From Phoronis australis (Eukaryota > Animalia > Phoronida): a stretch of DNA of 64,000 bases. The stretch spans positions 157,182 through 221,181 of the forward strand of contig NMRA01000447.1 of assembly GCA_002633005.1 (NCBI GenBank). The letters are read 5' to 3'. The first letter of the stretch is position 1. Each line of letters starts with the position of its first letter. Positions 27,220 through 40,765 of this stretch are shown piece after piece. Made by a program: the position numbers and the translations under genes. The notes beneath the pieces were generated by a model. The model was not told where the DNA came from and made no database searches. It was given only the letters and a program-made list of their open reading frames with translations.

Positions 27220-27340
27220 GCTTGCTCTACGCGTACTTTTGCTTAATCTACATGTACTTTTGCTTAATTTACGCGTGCATTTGCTTAACCTGCGCGTACG
27301 TTTAACCCACTTTTACTTAATCTTTGCGTACTTTTAGTTC
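27220..27340. repeat. Degenerate ~21-bp tandem repeat (TACTTTTGCTTAATCTACGCG)
   Basis: About 5 imperfect units visible. Confidence 0.6.
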
Positions 27341-27439
27341 TTAAACGATCATCGTCCTGCTCTTAGTCAGATTGGACAATAGGAACTGATTAAAAGTGGG
27401 TGTAGATTGGAGTAACAAACCCGAACAGCGGTGTCGTTG

Positions 27440-28070
27440 CTGCAGACTGTTGCTCATCTTCAGCTGGTTAGGAATCGTCATTGGTCGTTTCGGCCCTGAT
27501 CCAGTACGACCTCCAATACGCGGGCCCCCTGAGGTGGATCAGTACCTAAGGTCTTGCCACGGTCATGTTACCAGGTGTTACTTCTCTGCAGACAGATGTA
27601 TGCTAAAGCTGCTTCTGCTGCTACTGAACAGGTCTTAAATAGCTCTTTCCGTGATGCCTCAGTGAGCCCAAAAAATCTTCGCCATTCTCCATAAGCCGTT
27701 TAATCCTCTACAGCCATAGTAATGTTGTGACATTCTTAGTTTCCACCCATTGTCTGTGCAGACAGGTATCAGATCTTGATACTTTAGTGTCTTCGTCTCG
27801 TTAGCTTCATCGACTCTCGTCTCCCATGGCACAGTTAGCTCTACTATGGCCAGTTCCCTCAGGCTGTCTGACCATAAAACTATGACAGGCCTCATTGCTG
27901 TTACTGGTACATGTGTTGGAAAAACTGCCGACTTCCCATATCTACAGCCATCTTCCAGCCGATGGTCGACTTGTGGAATAAACACTGGTATTGAATTCCT
28001 CTTATACTGCTGATCTTTTTCTCTGCTCTCCCTTCAGTGTCCAAGATATGTGACAGGACCTTCAACACTT
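27440..28070 (-). mobile_element. 3' fragment of a non-LTR retrotransposon with restriction-like endonuclease (Hero/NeSL/R2 group)
   Basis: FPTHVPVTAMRP(V)IVLWSDSLRELAIVELTVPWETRVDEANETKTLKYQDL..C..NGW...GCRG matches the RPD..ELTVPWE..K..KY REL motif. The catalytic D is mutated and there are frameshifts. Confidence 0.8.
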
Positions 28071-29254
28071 GGTTCTGCCTCCAGGTGCACTTCCCCTCTG
28101 CTAGTGCTGCTTTGCCCGCTGATTAGTACTTTGACTTCCGCGTCAGTAAGAACACCTCACTGGACAATGAAAATCTCACTCAGGGTCCCCATAGTACACG
28201 ATCATAGTAAACTTAACAACGAAAAATTCAAATATTTGTCTTATTTTACAGGCAACACCGGTCACACGGAAGTGAATCACTCCGTTTCAACCCTAAATCA
28301 GTCCTGACGGGAACGCGTAAAATACGTGTAAGAGCTTAAGAAAGCCATAACTATTAATAAAACAAGAATAGTTTTCAATAAATATTATTCAGATACCAAT
28401 CAACAATGAGAAACCAGTGAAAACAAACCCTTCGACCCATAGCAAATACATGGAAAGCTGGCGACTGAACGACCCAGCTGCTAGCGATCCCAGAAACGTA
28501 ATACTGTGTAAATCCTCCATCATAACGCTCTCACCATAAAGGACACCTTACAACAGTAACATCCTAAAGGTACCTGTATTGATCAAAGCCTTTTTATCAA
28601 GGACACACAATGGCACTCATATCATTAGCACCAACAACTGATTCATACGTATACACCATGTATCACTTAGTTATGATGTTGTGGACCACATCTCATTTCT
28701 AAAGTTCCTGCACGGGATTTAACGCCCATGGCGTATATACGTGAGGCAGAGCTTTACACGTTTTACACACAATTGCAAAATTCTTGAATATAATCCACTG
28801 TTTTGTGAGGGTGATTCAATCCCTATGTACATGATTTACTGGTTTCCAAACTACTAAGCACAATTCATGTGATGGGCTAGCGCTGCCTTGCCCCACTACA
28901 TGTACATCATCTTCTAATCCAAATCCCAGTAACCTATACCAAGTAGGGCTGAAACGGTTACCAGTTTGCCGAGTTTCGTTAATTTTTTTTGCTCCCAGTT
29001 CCCTTCGGTCATATGCGTTTATGTTTCAAAAATGAGACAAATGCTAAACTTACCCAAAAAGTGCTTTGAATACGAATATCATGTCAAAACATCTGGCCTC
29101 AGCAGTTATGGGAGAAATGTTTTTTCTATGTGACAGCCTGTACTGTGCTTTAAATGAGCAAAAATCCAGATCAAAAAAACTTTCGAATTTGGCCAATCAC
29201 TAAAACACAATCTGTCATCTTGGTCCTTATTGCCATTAGAAATGATCAGCGGTT

Positions 29255-29412
29255 CAGGGGCAGATCCAGGATTTTTTAAAATGGGGGATTGGATCAAGGA
29301 TTATTTTAAAACTGGGGTTCAAGCTAACAAATTGAAAATTCCATATTTTACATCACTAAAACCAAGGGAAAAAGGGGGGGTTCGGACCCCCTTGACCATC
29401 CCTGGATCCGAT
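29255..29412. mobile_element. CAGGGGC(A/G)GATCCAGG MITE copy
   Basis: CAGGGGCAGATCCAGG ... CCTGGATCCG inverted ends with G/C runs. Confidence 0.6.
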
Positions 29413-29734
29413 TGTGTGAAGATGAACTGCGAGATTGTTATAGCTTCAGACCAGCTCATTAAGTTGCTTCTTACTGACGGTTAGTTTCAGTCTCCAACCA
29501 GTGGAACCGATTTAATTGTTAACAAATGACAAGGTGCCCTGACATTGCGTTGCAAGAGCCTGACTTTTTGTGTAAAAATTCATTATTTAGCAGCACAACA
29601 TGGTTTATTGGCACTTTCAATTACCATTAAATTTACTCTTATATATTTTTACTTCTATGACAAAACATTCATATTTTAAAAATACAGCAATTACGTAATT
29701 AGCCATGCCGTTAACAAAACCAAGGCCAAAAAAG

Positions 29735-29823
29735 TAGCACAGAGATTGGTTCTAAAAAGCACAGAGACTGTTTCCACAAAGCACAGAGATTGGTTCTAAA
29801 AAGCACAGAGATTGCTTCTAAAA
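29735..29823. repeat. ~21-bp tandem repeat (AGCACAGAGATTGGTTCTAAA) x4 in SLC35C2 3' UTR region
   Basis: Four visible GCACAGAGA units. Confidence 0.85.
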
Positions 29824-29898
29824 TGCCCAATAGTCAGTTAACCGCTTCAGCCCAAGAGGAAAGTTGGTAACTATACATGTTTGATAACAATGCTCAAC

Positions 29899-30029
29899 TC
29901 ATTCTGATCCACCTGAAGATGTCCTGCGCCGAACCTTGCGGCCATTCCTGTGTACATCATGATGTTGGTTTTCACTTGGTAATAAAACTTCTTTCAGTTC
30001 AAAGTTGTCCTCTATGTGGTGCTGCTCTC
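29899..30029 (-). CDS. SLC35C2: SLC35C2 coding exon 9 (terminal)
   Basis: tttttcacag|GA, phase matches exon 8. Encodes GEQHHIEDNFELKEVLLPSE...SSGGSE*. Joined CDS is 1116 nt, 371 aa. Confidence 0.75.
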
Positions 30030-31733
30030 CTGTGAAAAATAAATCTGGAGTTTAATAAAAGGATAAACACAATACCCACTCATATCATGTTTTTATTTTC
30101 CACGAGTTTTTTACTAAGGAGATAAAATAAATTTTGATTTTCTGGAAATGTTTTATGTAACAAAACAGACCTACAGCTATTTGTGCTTGACATTAACACC
30201 CAATAAGTAATAATAAATAATAATAAACGATGTTTTTAAATTTATTTATTAGTTTTCAACTTTTTTTACTTTCCAAGACATCTCCATGCAAGAAAACTAT
30301 GTTTGCCATTTCCCAGGTTTCCCATAATGAAGGAAGACATGGCCAACATTACAGCATTCCACAGATCCAAGACATTAGCCATAAGAAAAAGTCATGAAAT
30401 CTTCACATGTGAAACAGAAAAATAAATTCTATCCCATAATTTGTATATTCTATCCCATAATTCAACATCCCAACCTCACTGACCAATCACTTCAGTGGGC
30501 ACCAGTAGGTTATGCTGGTAGTGTTTTGAGCATACTCTCCACTAATTTTGCAGCGTAGCTTCGTGCTTTTCTGGGTAGAAATTTCATCAATGATATACCC
30601 CTTTAAAAAGTAAACTGTTATCAATCAATTAGTTCACAGAACCCGAGTGGGTTGGTTGGGCTAGAAGTTACATGTAGCACAAAGACTAGAAATATTGTGG
30701 GCTATGCAGAAAACATGAGCCCTGCCTTAACATGTACCTGTATAAAATATAGATTCTAGGAAGTCATTACAGCAAATGACGTTATCCATTAAAAATATAT
30801 TCTAGTATTACTGTACAACAATTTTCCTACTTAAAATACAACGCGAAGGAAGTCACAGAATTCTGTATTCTGTCAAAGTTCACCTATACACTGGTTAGCA
30901 TTCTAAACCTTTGCCAAAGCAACACTTAGCAAAGTTTTGAAAATAAAGTAGCCATTAAAGTAGACAGCCTATTGAAAAACACAAAAATGACAGTTTTGGC
31001 GATACTGTTTGAAATAACTGCACGTTTCCAGCAACTTGAATTGTGCATTACATGAATTAAGTTCGGTGAATATATTGTTCTCAAAACAAGGCTGCTTTCT
31101 TAATCCTCTGACAATTTATACATGGCAATATACAAAGTCGGTTCCAAATAATCCTCTTTTGCACAAGGCCGAATTTTGAGAACCAGTTTTCTCCACTGAA
31201 TAACAGGCACAAACTAGTTCTCAAAATACGGCATGTTATATCAGACTATTGCCAGGCTGCTAACACACTTCTGAGCTGAGCTGGACAAGTGAAGAACTAT
31301 TAATCATGCCTCACACATCTTGAGTTTTTGATTTTTTATGTCTACATTACAACTTACCATATGCATACAGTAAAATCCTACTCCAATTAGAATAATACAT
31401 CAGATACAAAATTGCTGTTTAAAGGGGAACAGCCGTTTTTAGGATTACTATTAGTTAAATCACAACCTTCTGGTTATCCTAGATAATTTTTTAACCTAAA
31501 ATTAATTTCCCTGATTCTAATTTATGTTGCTTGCATCAGCGTGGATGTGACTTCTGCAGTCCACAGTCACCAGCATGGCAGCAGTGCATGTGGGGCAAGT
31601 GGTCTACTTGTGCACAGCATTGTGAGTGCATACCACAGAACTGCAGACTAATAGAGGGGAAGAGGATGATGTTTTGAATAGTGCAAGAGAAAACAATACG
31701 TGGACATAATGATCATGAGTACAAAATTATTAC

Positions 31734-31863
31734 CGTATGACGCTATGGCTTTCAACAGAACATGTAGACTGATCCCAATCAAACACAGAACCAGCCCGAT
31801 GGCATTTATTGTGTTCATTTGGTCTTGATTGATGACGTGGGCTAAATACAGAGACAGGCATTC
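31734..31863 (-). CDS. SLC35C2: SLC35C2 coding exon 8
   Basis: ECLSLYLAHVINQDQMNTINAIGLVLCLIGISLHVLLKA, matching the SLC35C2 last TM; GT-AG flanks. Confidence 0.93.
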
Positions 31864-32549
31864 CTGAAACATACATTAGTGGTACCGTCAAAACAAAATT
31901 ACAATGAAAGCTTCAGTAAACTGACTTTAAACTTCAATTGCGGTAAAAATTCTTCAATTTGGGACAGAAACAATTGCTGAAATTGCCGTATTTCTATTTT
32001 TGGAGGCTTTTCACATTCTTGAAAGTGCTCAAATGTTTGGCAAACGTTGTTTGGCAATAGCTGCGCCATACAAACCATGCAAAAAGCAACACAAAATGAA
32101 ATTAACCCCATTCCGCCATACAGCGTCGCAAACTGAAGATTTTCTACCGTCATAAAAAAATATGAGCTATATTGACATAAGCATCTATTTCTCCTTTTCA
32201 ACAAACAGAAAGTCTTACTGTGAAATGCAGAAATTAAAATTTGTGAAGATGATAATACATATGTGACGAAGCTAAATGTCATGACTGCAAAGCCTCAAAC
32301 TGGATTTGCCACAAAATAGTTCCCCCAAAGTAAGGTAATGAACTTCACACGCACACATTAGCTTGTCATCCTCTCAGCTGCTACAACTGGCTAAGCAATT
32401 GCCTGCCAGTTTAAAGCTTCCCACACAGCAAGACTCTTACAGTGATCCAAAATACAAATATGTCCCAACATAATGGTTGCAGTTACAACTAGCCACGTTT
32501 AATGATAAACAGTGAGATCACTGATTCAAATTATTATAATAACCCTCAC

Positions 32550-32725
32550 CTTGAATACTCCAGATATTGACAGCGTGAGACTTGAGGTCTGCGAGAGTAG
32601 CAAATATTCACTGAACTCTAACATGAAAGCTAGGCCTGCTCCTATTAGTAACAAGCCACAGCTTGTCAGTAATACAGCAACGTCTTTGAAGGCAAACAGT
32701 AGTGGGGATGTGGCTACCCTGATAC
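32550..32725 (-). CDS. SLC35C2: SLC35C2 coding exon 7
   Basis: LAFMLEFSEYLLLSQTSSLTLSISGVFK; GT-AG flanks. Confidence 0.95.
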
Positions 32726-33107
32726 CTGTAACATAATCGTGTTTAAGATTACTGAACAATGCCAAGTTTTCTCCATAAACTGGGAGGTTTCCACTTCTGC
32801 TGGTGTTGGCACTTCAGTTATGCAGCTCAGTACCTCAGTGGGATAGCAGCTACTATAGGTCAGAAGGGGGGATCTATTTCGATTGTAACTTTGGTGGGCA
32901 AGCTTGACACCCCATAAGTTTATTCAAACTAACAGAAGGTGGCACAGCACCATTACCCCAGACAGGGGATGCATAATTCAAAGTGGTTCCTTTGGCCTCA
33001 GCAGAAAACTTAGGAGTGGCAAATCAACGTTTTTTCAATTATGGTAAAATATTCTGAAAATCACATTTGACGAACAATACACAAACACATTTAGGCCCAA
33101 GCACCTA

Positions 33108-33421
33108 CAGCACACATCACGAATTTTTGGCCGACCGGTCGGAAATTGGTCGACGACCGGCCGTCGACCGGTCGTCTAGCCGACCAGCAGCCGACCAACA
33201 ACGGTCGGCTAGGAGCCGTCTGCTTAGTCGCCTCTGTGGTCGGCACTTGGGTCGGCTAATTGGTCGCCTAGCGTAGACGACCAATTCGGATTAAGCGTGT
33301 CCTTGGTCGGCAATTACCATTTTATGACTTAGCGGGTGAACTTTGGACAAACAAACATTTAACTGTTCGCTGTTCGTTTACCAGTGGCAACTCCGGTCTT
33401 GACATCGGTTTATCAAATTTT
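33108..33421. mobile_element. Terminus of a CG-rich (CGACC/GGTCG palindromic) DNA transposon/MITE, truncated at N
   Basis: Starts CAGCACACATCACGA right after ..GCACCTA, the point where it diverges from the duplicate copy (33828). Confidence 0.6.
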
Positions 33422-33422
33422 N

Positions 33423-33828
33423 GTGGGGATGTGGCTACCCTGATACCTGTAACATAATCGTGTTTAAGATTACTGAACAATGCCAAGTTTTCTCCATAAA
33501 CTGGGAGGTATCCACTTCTGCTGGTGTTGGCACTTCAGTTATGCAGCCCAGTACCTCAGTGGGATAGCAGCTACTATAGGTCAGAAGGGGGGATCTATTT
33601 CGATTGTAACTTTGGTGGGCAAGCTTGACACCCCATAAGTTTATTCAAACTAACAGAAGGTGGCACAACATCATTACCCCAGACAGGGGATGCATAATTC
33701 AAAGTGGTTCCTTTGGCCTCAGCAGAAAACTTAGGAGTGGCAAATCAACGTTTTTTCAATTATGGTAAAATATTCTGAAAATCACATTTGACGAACAATA
33801 CACACACTCATTTAGGCCCAAGCACCTA
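33423..33828. repeat. Near-identical duplicate of 32702-33107 after a single N (includes acceptor and 24 nt of SLC35C2 exon 7)
   Basis: Direct alignment at offset 721 with a few SNPs. Confidence 0.9.
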
Positions 33829-35010
33829 TATTTGACAGAAGTGTGCACTTTTTTAAAAATCATCATTTTTGTGCAAGTGTTCTGCTAAAAGCTGCCAGAA
33901 CCCAAGCATAGACTAAAGGGAATGGTAGGTTTCCTTTGTACAGGTGCAAGTCATAAACTGAATGTTTTTACTCCATTCTTAATATGTTAAACATATCATT
34001 GCAACAAACAGTGAAAACTTGTCAACATCTTCAAACCAAAAAGTAACTCGACCATCTCTCATCCACCCTTAAACTTGCTCCATGGTCTCAAATGTTTCAC
34101 ACATCAACCAAATGTGCATGAATTCAGAAACTAAGGACGAAGCTTCAACCGATAAAACAAGCCTTATATTCAACACAAGAAAACTAATGATGGCTCCTAA
34201 TTTGGCAAGACTAATCTAAGACGAGGAATGTTCCCAAAATGCTGTTACGAACAGTGAACATAAGACTGATGTTTAGTACATTAAAAACTGCTCCGCACAG
34301 TGACCAGTGTACTCTATGTCAATAGATTTGTGCACAGGTTGTGGTAGACAGAATTTTTCGATATCAGGAACACTGATCTATTTTTATATGTAGCAGGGCA
34401 ATTAAAGTACCGAATTAGCATTGACTAAGGTGATTTTTTACATGTTTGACTTCTGAAATTGAATTCCCGTGAAAATTTGTGTTGGAAGCATTTTTTCCAA
34501 AGAAATACAATAAATGTTTGCAAAAAATGATGTCGTCATTTCTGTTTTGTTAACCAAGGGATATAACCAAGGTACATACTTGGATTATGACTTGTAACCT
34601 CTAACATGAGATAAGAGAATGCATCACAATAGACTAGGTTGTTATCTGATCTTGGAAACTGCTCTGGCTGGAGTTGAAACTTGATATTTGTAACGACAAG
34701 AACTATTTTTGGAGTGCGTTTTGTATTACAGACACATCAACATTTTCAGTGAGGCTCTGTGACCATTAAGCTTGCACCAGCTGCAGCATTAAATTTAAGT
34801 TTGTCTTGCCATGGTAATATGACACCTTACAGTTGAGCTCCACAAATTGGCCACTAAATTTAACATTCTATGGACCAAGTGACCCATATGCATGTTTTCC
34901 TAAAACGATCCCTGCTTACAATCTCACTTATCTTTAGCAATTAAGCAAAATTTGAACAAACACTCATGTTAAACTCAGCCTGAGGAATTAAAGTCAGAGC
35001 AAAGACATAC

Positions 35011-35094
35011 CTTCAAAGAATATACAAAGTGGCATGAGCCCCAACAACATCCATGGTTGTATATGGTACATCATGTCACAAGGGTTGGATAAAC
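35011..35094 (-). CDS. SLC35C2: SLC35C2 coding exon 6
   Basis: GLSNPCDMMYHIQPWMLLGLMPLCIFFEG; GT-AG flanks. Confidence 0.95.
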
Positions 35095-35541
35095 CTGCAA
35101 CGCAATTACAACATCGGTTTTCAAGATTCAGCAATGACAGTTCAACACTGTAAGACCTTTGGAATATGTGGAGAGCACACACACACACAGGGATGCTGAG
35201 CAAACGTTTTGGAAGTTATACATTCAGCTGATTTATTTCAGTCTTAGAAAGAAATAATAAGATTAAACAATGGAATTTGATTAATAGGTAATGAAACAAA
35301 AAGACATTCACTTCCTCAAGCATCAGATTTAAAAAATGATTAAGAAGAACATAAGGAAACTACTGCTTTACTTCCTCCTAGTAAGTAGCTGTGTATACTG
35401 CAAATTACAAGCTAGGTTATTAAACCCAGCTAAATATGTCATAAAAATTTCCATACCCTGGTAATCATCCAGGGAATCAGGTAATAAAACCAAATGTAAA
35501 ATTCCATCACTTTTAAAACTGCCAGAATTAAAAGCCAATAC

Positions 35542-35710
35542 CTATTTCCTTCTTTTGTGTTAAAACCTGTGCCAATGTCCAACGCACACCGCTGATGGCA
35601 GAAGCTCCAAGAACAAGTAAGAATCCTTCCAGATCAAACTGTGTTGAGTGATATGTGAATAGGAATAGACCTAATGATATGAAGAGCACAACTACTCCCA
35701 GCGACCAGCG
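35542..35710 (-). CDS. SLC35C2: SLC35C2 coding exon 5
   Basis: [56 protein letters not shown]; GT-AG flanks. Confidence 0.95.
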
Positions 35711-36414
35711 CTAAAATAAAACACAGTAAGATGTTGGTCGTTACATGGTATGAAAAGGTAAAGCTGGTATTAGAAGGCTGTACAATCTGTTTAGGTGATA
35801 TCACTAACTGGTTTTGTCCCCTGTTGCTGGAAAGCCATAAACTCTCATGAGAGACACACACTACAAAATAAAGTACTGGACAAAAATCTTTTTCCATTAT
35901 GGTGCTGAGTCATGAACTGGAACGGATCATGCCAACAACTCTGATGGTTTGGTTGATTCTGTTGCGCTCAGCCATAACGACGGGGAATTGAAGATCATTT
36001 TGTAGAGTAACTCCAAATTAAAGCATCTGCCAGCTAACAAAAATTCCTCCTTGTGTCAGAAATTGCGTTCTTTGGTTTCTGGTTGACGATCCTTCCCCAC
36101 AACCACTATGACACTGGCTGAATATTAGCTGATTCAGCAAACAAACTTTCAAATCTGTTACAAACTTTTCAATTTCACACCGTTCAAATTGTGTGCTAAA
36201 CTCAGCCCTCAACACGAACGTTCAAAGCAATGAAACTTCACTGTAGACTGAGCTCTACAAAACTGACCAACTGTGTGACTTGCTTCGAGTAAACTTTAAA
36301 ATTTCATGAATTATTAATTTTCAGTCTGACTCTCAAGATTAATATGATGGTTTCCGGCCTGAACTTGAGCTAGACTATTGAGGTCAGACAGATGACTCGC
36401 CTGATTTGACTTAC

Positions 36415-36487
36415 CCATTTCTCTAACCTGAGCAGCAATGCAAAAATCAAAATGAACACAATGGCTGTTGATTTTGTCATAGTGTAT
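36415..36487 (-). CDS. SLC35C2: SLC35C2 coding exon 4
   Basis: YTMTKSTAIVFILIFALLLRLEKW; GT-AG flanks. Confidence 0.95.
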
Positions 36488-37314
36488 CTGAAACCAAAGT
36501 GAATAGCATAATGAGACTAAAAAGTAGAAATACTACTATCTACTTGACAATGACACAGGTACAGCTAATCATAGTTAATAATTTATATTATTTTGGCAAA
36601 AACAACCATTCTGTTTTCCTTAAATGTTATGTTTCCATTCTATGATTGTTTTGATCTAAACATTAGAATAAGTCTTTATCTGCTTACATGAGGATTTACA
36701 CGATGACTCATGAGTTGCTTGATTGCTCCGAACAAAAATTCAAGAATGAACATGCCAATGAGAGATGAAAATTGATAAAGATGGAGCCTGAAAATCAGCA
36801 GATGGTCACAAAACCAATAGCGTGTGTGTAAGCAATAATAAATTACCAAATGCGAGGATCTGACGTTTACTTGTAGGCAATAACATAATATAATTCTTAG
36901 ACGGAATTTCAAAAATGCTGTAACAATTTTTAATTATCTTTTTGTTTTTGTCTTATGCATCTTTGATTTTTCACAAAAAAATTCTATTTCGCAAATTGGC
37001 AGCTCTAAATGAAAAAAGAAAACATTTCACAAATAATTTCAAGGAGCCACTCAGTGAACAGTGCATAAATCAAGTGTATCTGAAAGTTTTTCTTCAATCC
37101 ATACATCTATTGCTTAGACGTTTCCAAGTTAGCCAAATGTAGCCATTTGTCAGAGTTACCCACAGCCCAATCAACAGCGAAAGACTCTATTATGGGCCAG
37201 ACTCTCGTCACTGATGCCACGGTGTTGCGACCAAATTGCTTCTTTTAAGAGGCATTGAGAGAATTGAAATGAATGCATTCTGTTAGTCATAAATCAATTT
37301 GTTAATCAACTTAC

Positions 37315-37378
37315 AATGAAACTGTGATGAACTCAAAGCTCCAGTTTGACAAACCAATGTCCAATGCACTAGCAAGTC
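37315..37378 (-). CDS. SLC35C2: SLC35C2 coding exon 3
   Basis: LASALDIGLSNWSFEFITVSL; GT-AG flanks. Confidence 0.95.
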
Positions 37379-37777
37379 CTAGAAAAGTTTAAAATCCAGC
37401 TTTGAAACCATCAATAATTGTATCAAAGAGGGCATGTACAGCACTACAGCTATTAGATAGATCACAGTACGATTTTAAGAAAGTAAGGCAGTGATGATCT
37501 GAAAGGATGGAAGCTCAAATCATAAAGGAGACGATGTGACGTACAAGTGAAATTTAATGTATATTAACTATGGTCAAACAATGCGAGAAATTATGGGCAT
37601 TCACAAAATATTGACAGCCTTAGAAAAATGAAAAAGATCAATTCTGGCAAATATTTTTGTCCAAAACGGCCATCAGTAACAAATTGATTTAATCATGCAA
37701 TAGTTTGATCATAAACAAACAATGTTCTCTACAATGTTACCCACTTAAGTATGTTAAGCATTATTTCAACAACCTAC

Positions 37778-37928
37778 CTGCCGGGCCTATCTTTTTCACA
37801 TATAAATCCCAGGGCAGGATAATTCTTTCGACTTTGTTTTTTCTTTCTAACACGATTCTGCAGATGGCTGACAGGGTGAACTTGATAAATAAGTGAAACA
37901 TTGTGATGAAAAGTGGCATTTGGAAAGA
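37778..37928 (-). CDS. SLC35C2: SLC35C2 coding exon 2
   Basis: SFQMPLFITMFHLFIKFTLSAICRIVLERKNKVERIILPWDLYVKKIGPA; GT-AG flanks. Confidence 0.92.
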
Positions 37929-39075
37929 CTGAAAAAGAAGTTAATAACCATAATTGTTTCCACGACAAAATCCAAACAAAGGATGGCTGTTTCAATTTCA
38001 ATCACAGGAGTGTGTGCGAAAAAAAGTAAATATTTCTTGTTTTGTATCCCAGGATACAGCATTTTCATAATTTAGGCATTTTTTCATTTTTATTTTCCGG
38101 ATTCAGTTCGATATTTTCAGACAACAGATGGGAGGCGTTAGAGAAAGCCTTTTGTGATGTTCACTTGCGAAAATGCATAAATTTTGCATTACTGTAATGG
38201 TGTGAGTAACATTTTAGTGTGACTAGATGTGAATAATTCCTGACACAAAATAGCTGATGAGGCTGTAGAGGTGGCAAGTTTAGAAACAGACTACACAGAA
38301 TTGATAAAAACATGCAGTGAAATGAGCCCGTAGAATAAAGAACTGAATCCGACTGGGAAAAGTTCTCACAATGGCCAAACAATGGCACCTGGGTACCTCA
38401 GGGTAGCCGAACAGTAGATCATTCCTAACACACAACATGACACAAAATGTAATAATTATAGGCTAAACCGAAACAAGCAAAACGCAGACCCATTGCCACC
38501 AAGGTAAATGGATTTTTTTTCTGGAGTTGCTGGGAACATTTTTATTAATGCAGACTACATTAAGATACGGATGTCATTAGCACAATCTCCAGTGTGTTTC
38601 ATGACATCCTATCTGCTGGCGCGAGCAAGGTAAAAATGGCCAGTCGCCAATCTGGCCAACTGAACGAAGGAGTAAGTTTAAAAAAGTTTGATTGCGGGAA
38701 TATTTGTTCGAGCAAGGAAGAGTTAAAGAAATCAACAACCTCCTAAGATGTTCCTCTTTACACAAAAGTACTTATAGCAACTTAGCTCTGATGCTTTAAT
38801 CAGTGTGAGGCATAATTCAGTGAAAATCTTCCAGCTGGGCATGGGATGGCCACCGTCTCTGGGCAAGTTGAGACAGTGGTGAGGAAATCTATTGGTGAAG
38901 GGGAAATTTCCCTTCCCACAGTCACAATCAATTCCACCTGAGCTGATGTGTTGAGCGGAAAAATCAACTAGCCTCCGAAGCCCATGAACCACCCACTGAC
39001 ACTGTGATTGCCACGATCTCCTGCCAGTGCAGACAGCAGCACTAGCAGTATTAAGCTTCCGATTGCAGAGCTTAC

Positions 39076-39213
39076 CTTTATAAACCTTTGGTTGTAGAAT
39101 GTTAGACCTATAGAAAATGAATAGAAAAATATAATTAATGTTACGGTCTTTAACCCTGAGCAAATAAAGGCGGCATTGCAAAGCGCCAACTTTGCAATTT
39201 TAACAACTTTCAT
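39076..39213 (-). CDS. SLC35C2: SLC35C2 coding exon 1
   Basis: MKVVK...LIIFFYSFSIGLTFYNQRFIK|gtaag, containing the conserved YxFSIGxTFYN motif. Confidence 0.92.
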
Positions 39214-39224
39214 CTTCCCATATT

Positions 39225-39270
39225 GCAGACCGGAAGTGTTGAGTTTAAATGTCTCACAGCGCCATCTCTT
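39225..39270 (-). promoter_or_regulatory. Putative housekeeping-type proximal promoter of SLC35C2 (ETS and YY1-like motifs)
   Basis: CCGGAAGTG at 39230-39238 and GCGCCATCT at 39259-39267, immediately upstream of the ATG. No pyrimidine-rich acceptor precedes the ATG. Confidence 0.45.
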
Positions 39271-39829
39271 GTCCTAACAGAGGCAAAAAGGCTCCTGGCT
39301 ACTCAGGTGTCCAAACTAAAGCCACTGACGTGTGGCCATCAACATAGACTGAAAAGAATTATGCAAGACCTTAGAAAAATGTCCAGGAGTTCGTTTATTT
39401 CGGAACACCCTATCTCAGAAACGGGTGATTGGATATCTATTCAAATGTCAAGTACTATGCCGTCCTAAACGCATAACTTAAGTAGGCCGTTAGCTGAGGC
39501 CTTGTTTTTAAAATGTTCCACTTTAGTACAAAGGCTATCGAAAATAGGACTTTTATCATTTTCTTGAAAGACTCCAAGTTGCATACACGAAAACGAAATG
39601 ATATTTTAGGAAACGGAACAGCGTTTTCGAAATTTCACCCGAACATGTTATTGATACCTCGTTGGTTTTGCTATAAACCGTACCTTCCTTTTTTGCTAAT
39701 TTTATCAAAAAGACATGGTCGCGGGACCCAATTAATAAGAGATTGTTAAGAATAAAAAAAAATATGCATTCTTTCGAATTTCAGAAAACATATACTTTTA
39801 CTGAGTTAAAATCTAGTTTTTATATAGTG

Positions 39830-39927
39830 AGTAAACCCGCTGCCCACAGTCCTCTAACTACATCCAATGGATTCCGTAAACCCGCTGCCCACAGTCCTCT
39901 AACTACATGTACATGCAATAAATTCCG
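39830..39927. repeat. 46-bp-period direct repeat x2
   Basis: GTAAACCCGCTGCCCACAGTCCTCTAACTACAT occurs twice. Confidence 0.9.
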
Positions 39928-40765
39928 CGCAGCCTGAAGACTCTGACGAACAACATATATAGTCGGTAAATCCGGCTCTAGACATGCTGGGGCACAAAAA
40001 GTCCTCAATTGAAAAAAGCTTGAATGATCGGGGGAGTCGGGAGAGGATAACCGAGAAAAATGACCTGCATGGAAAATCAGATATGTAGGATTCAAATTTG
40101 AGCTATTAGGCAAATGATGTGTGCTTAAAGTATTAGTATCGAATCTCTTGCAAATTTCACGAGCCAGCAAGACACTAAAAACGGTAATTAGTCAAAAGCA
40201 TCACGGTTTGGATAAAATTTGCTTCATACGCCTTAGACTACAAAGTGCCAGCCTGAGTACGCGTTGGTGAAAGCAAGCTGTCAATTCAGTAATTTAATTT
40301 CCTAATGCAGTGTAGGTTCTGTTCCAAAGAGGTCCTTTCAGCAAAATGAATAGCCTACACGGAGATTCTGGGACCCGCCGCGATGAATGATGTCACTTAT
40401 CAAAGATTTAACACATGCCACCATCGCAAGCTGTAGTTTTGTCTATACGTTTTTTTGTCTGAGATAAACCCAGTGGCTTAAAACCTATAGTCTGCGGCTT
40501 TGGCCGATCGGAAAACTAACGCGTATTGCACACAGAATAGGAATACAGTCAAACCGCCTGTACGTACACTGCCTGTATTTACTTTACAGATGCTGCGTGG
40601 CATATAGATTTATTATAATTTTCAAGATCGCACCATACGGGCATATACACATTAAACATGCATTACTGTTCGATCGGATTCGAGTCAATTAAGTCACCCG
40701 GCGAACACACGCACGTACAGTCGCACAACAGAGCCTGGTTGCTACTTCCAGTAATGGTTTGCCAT

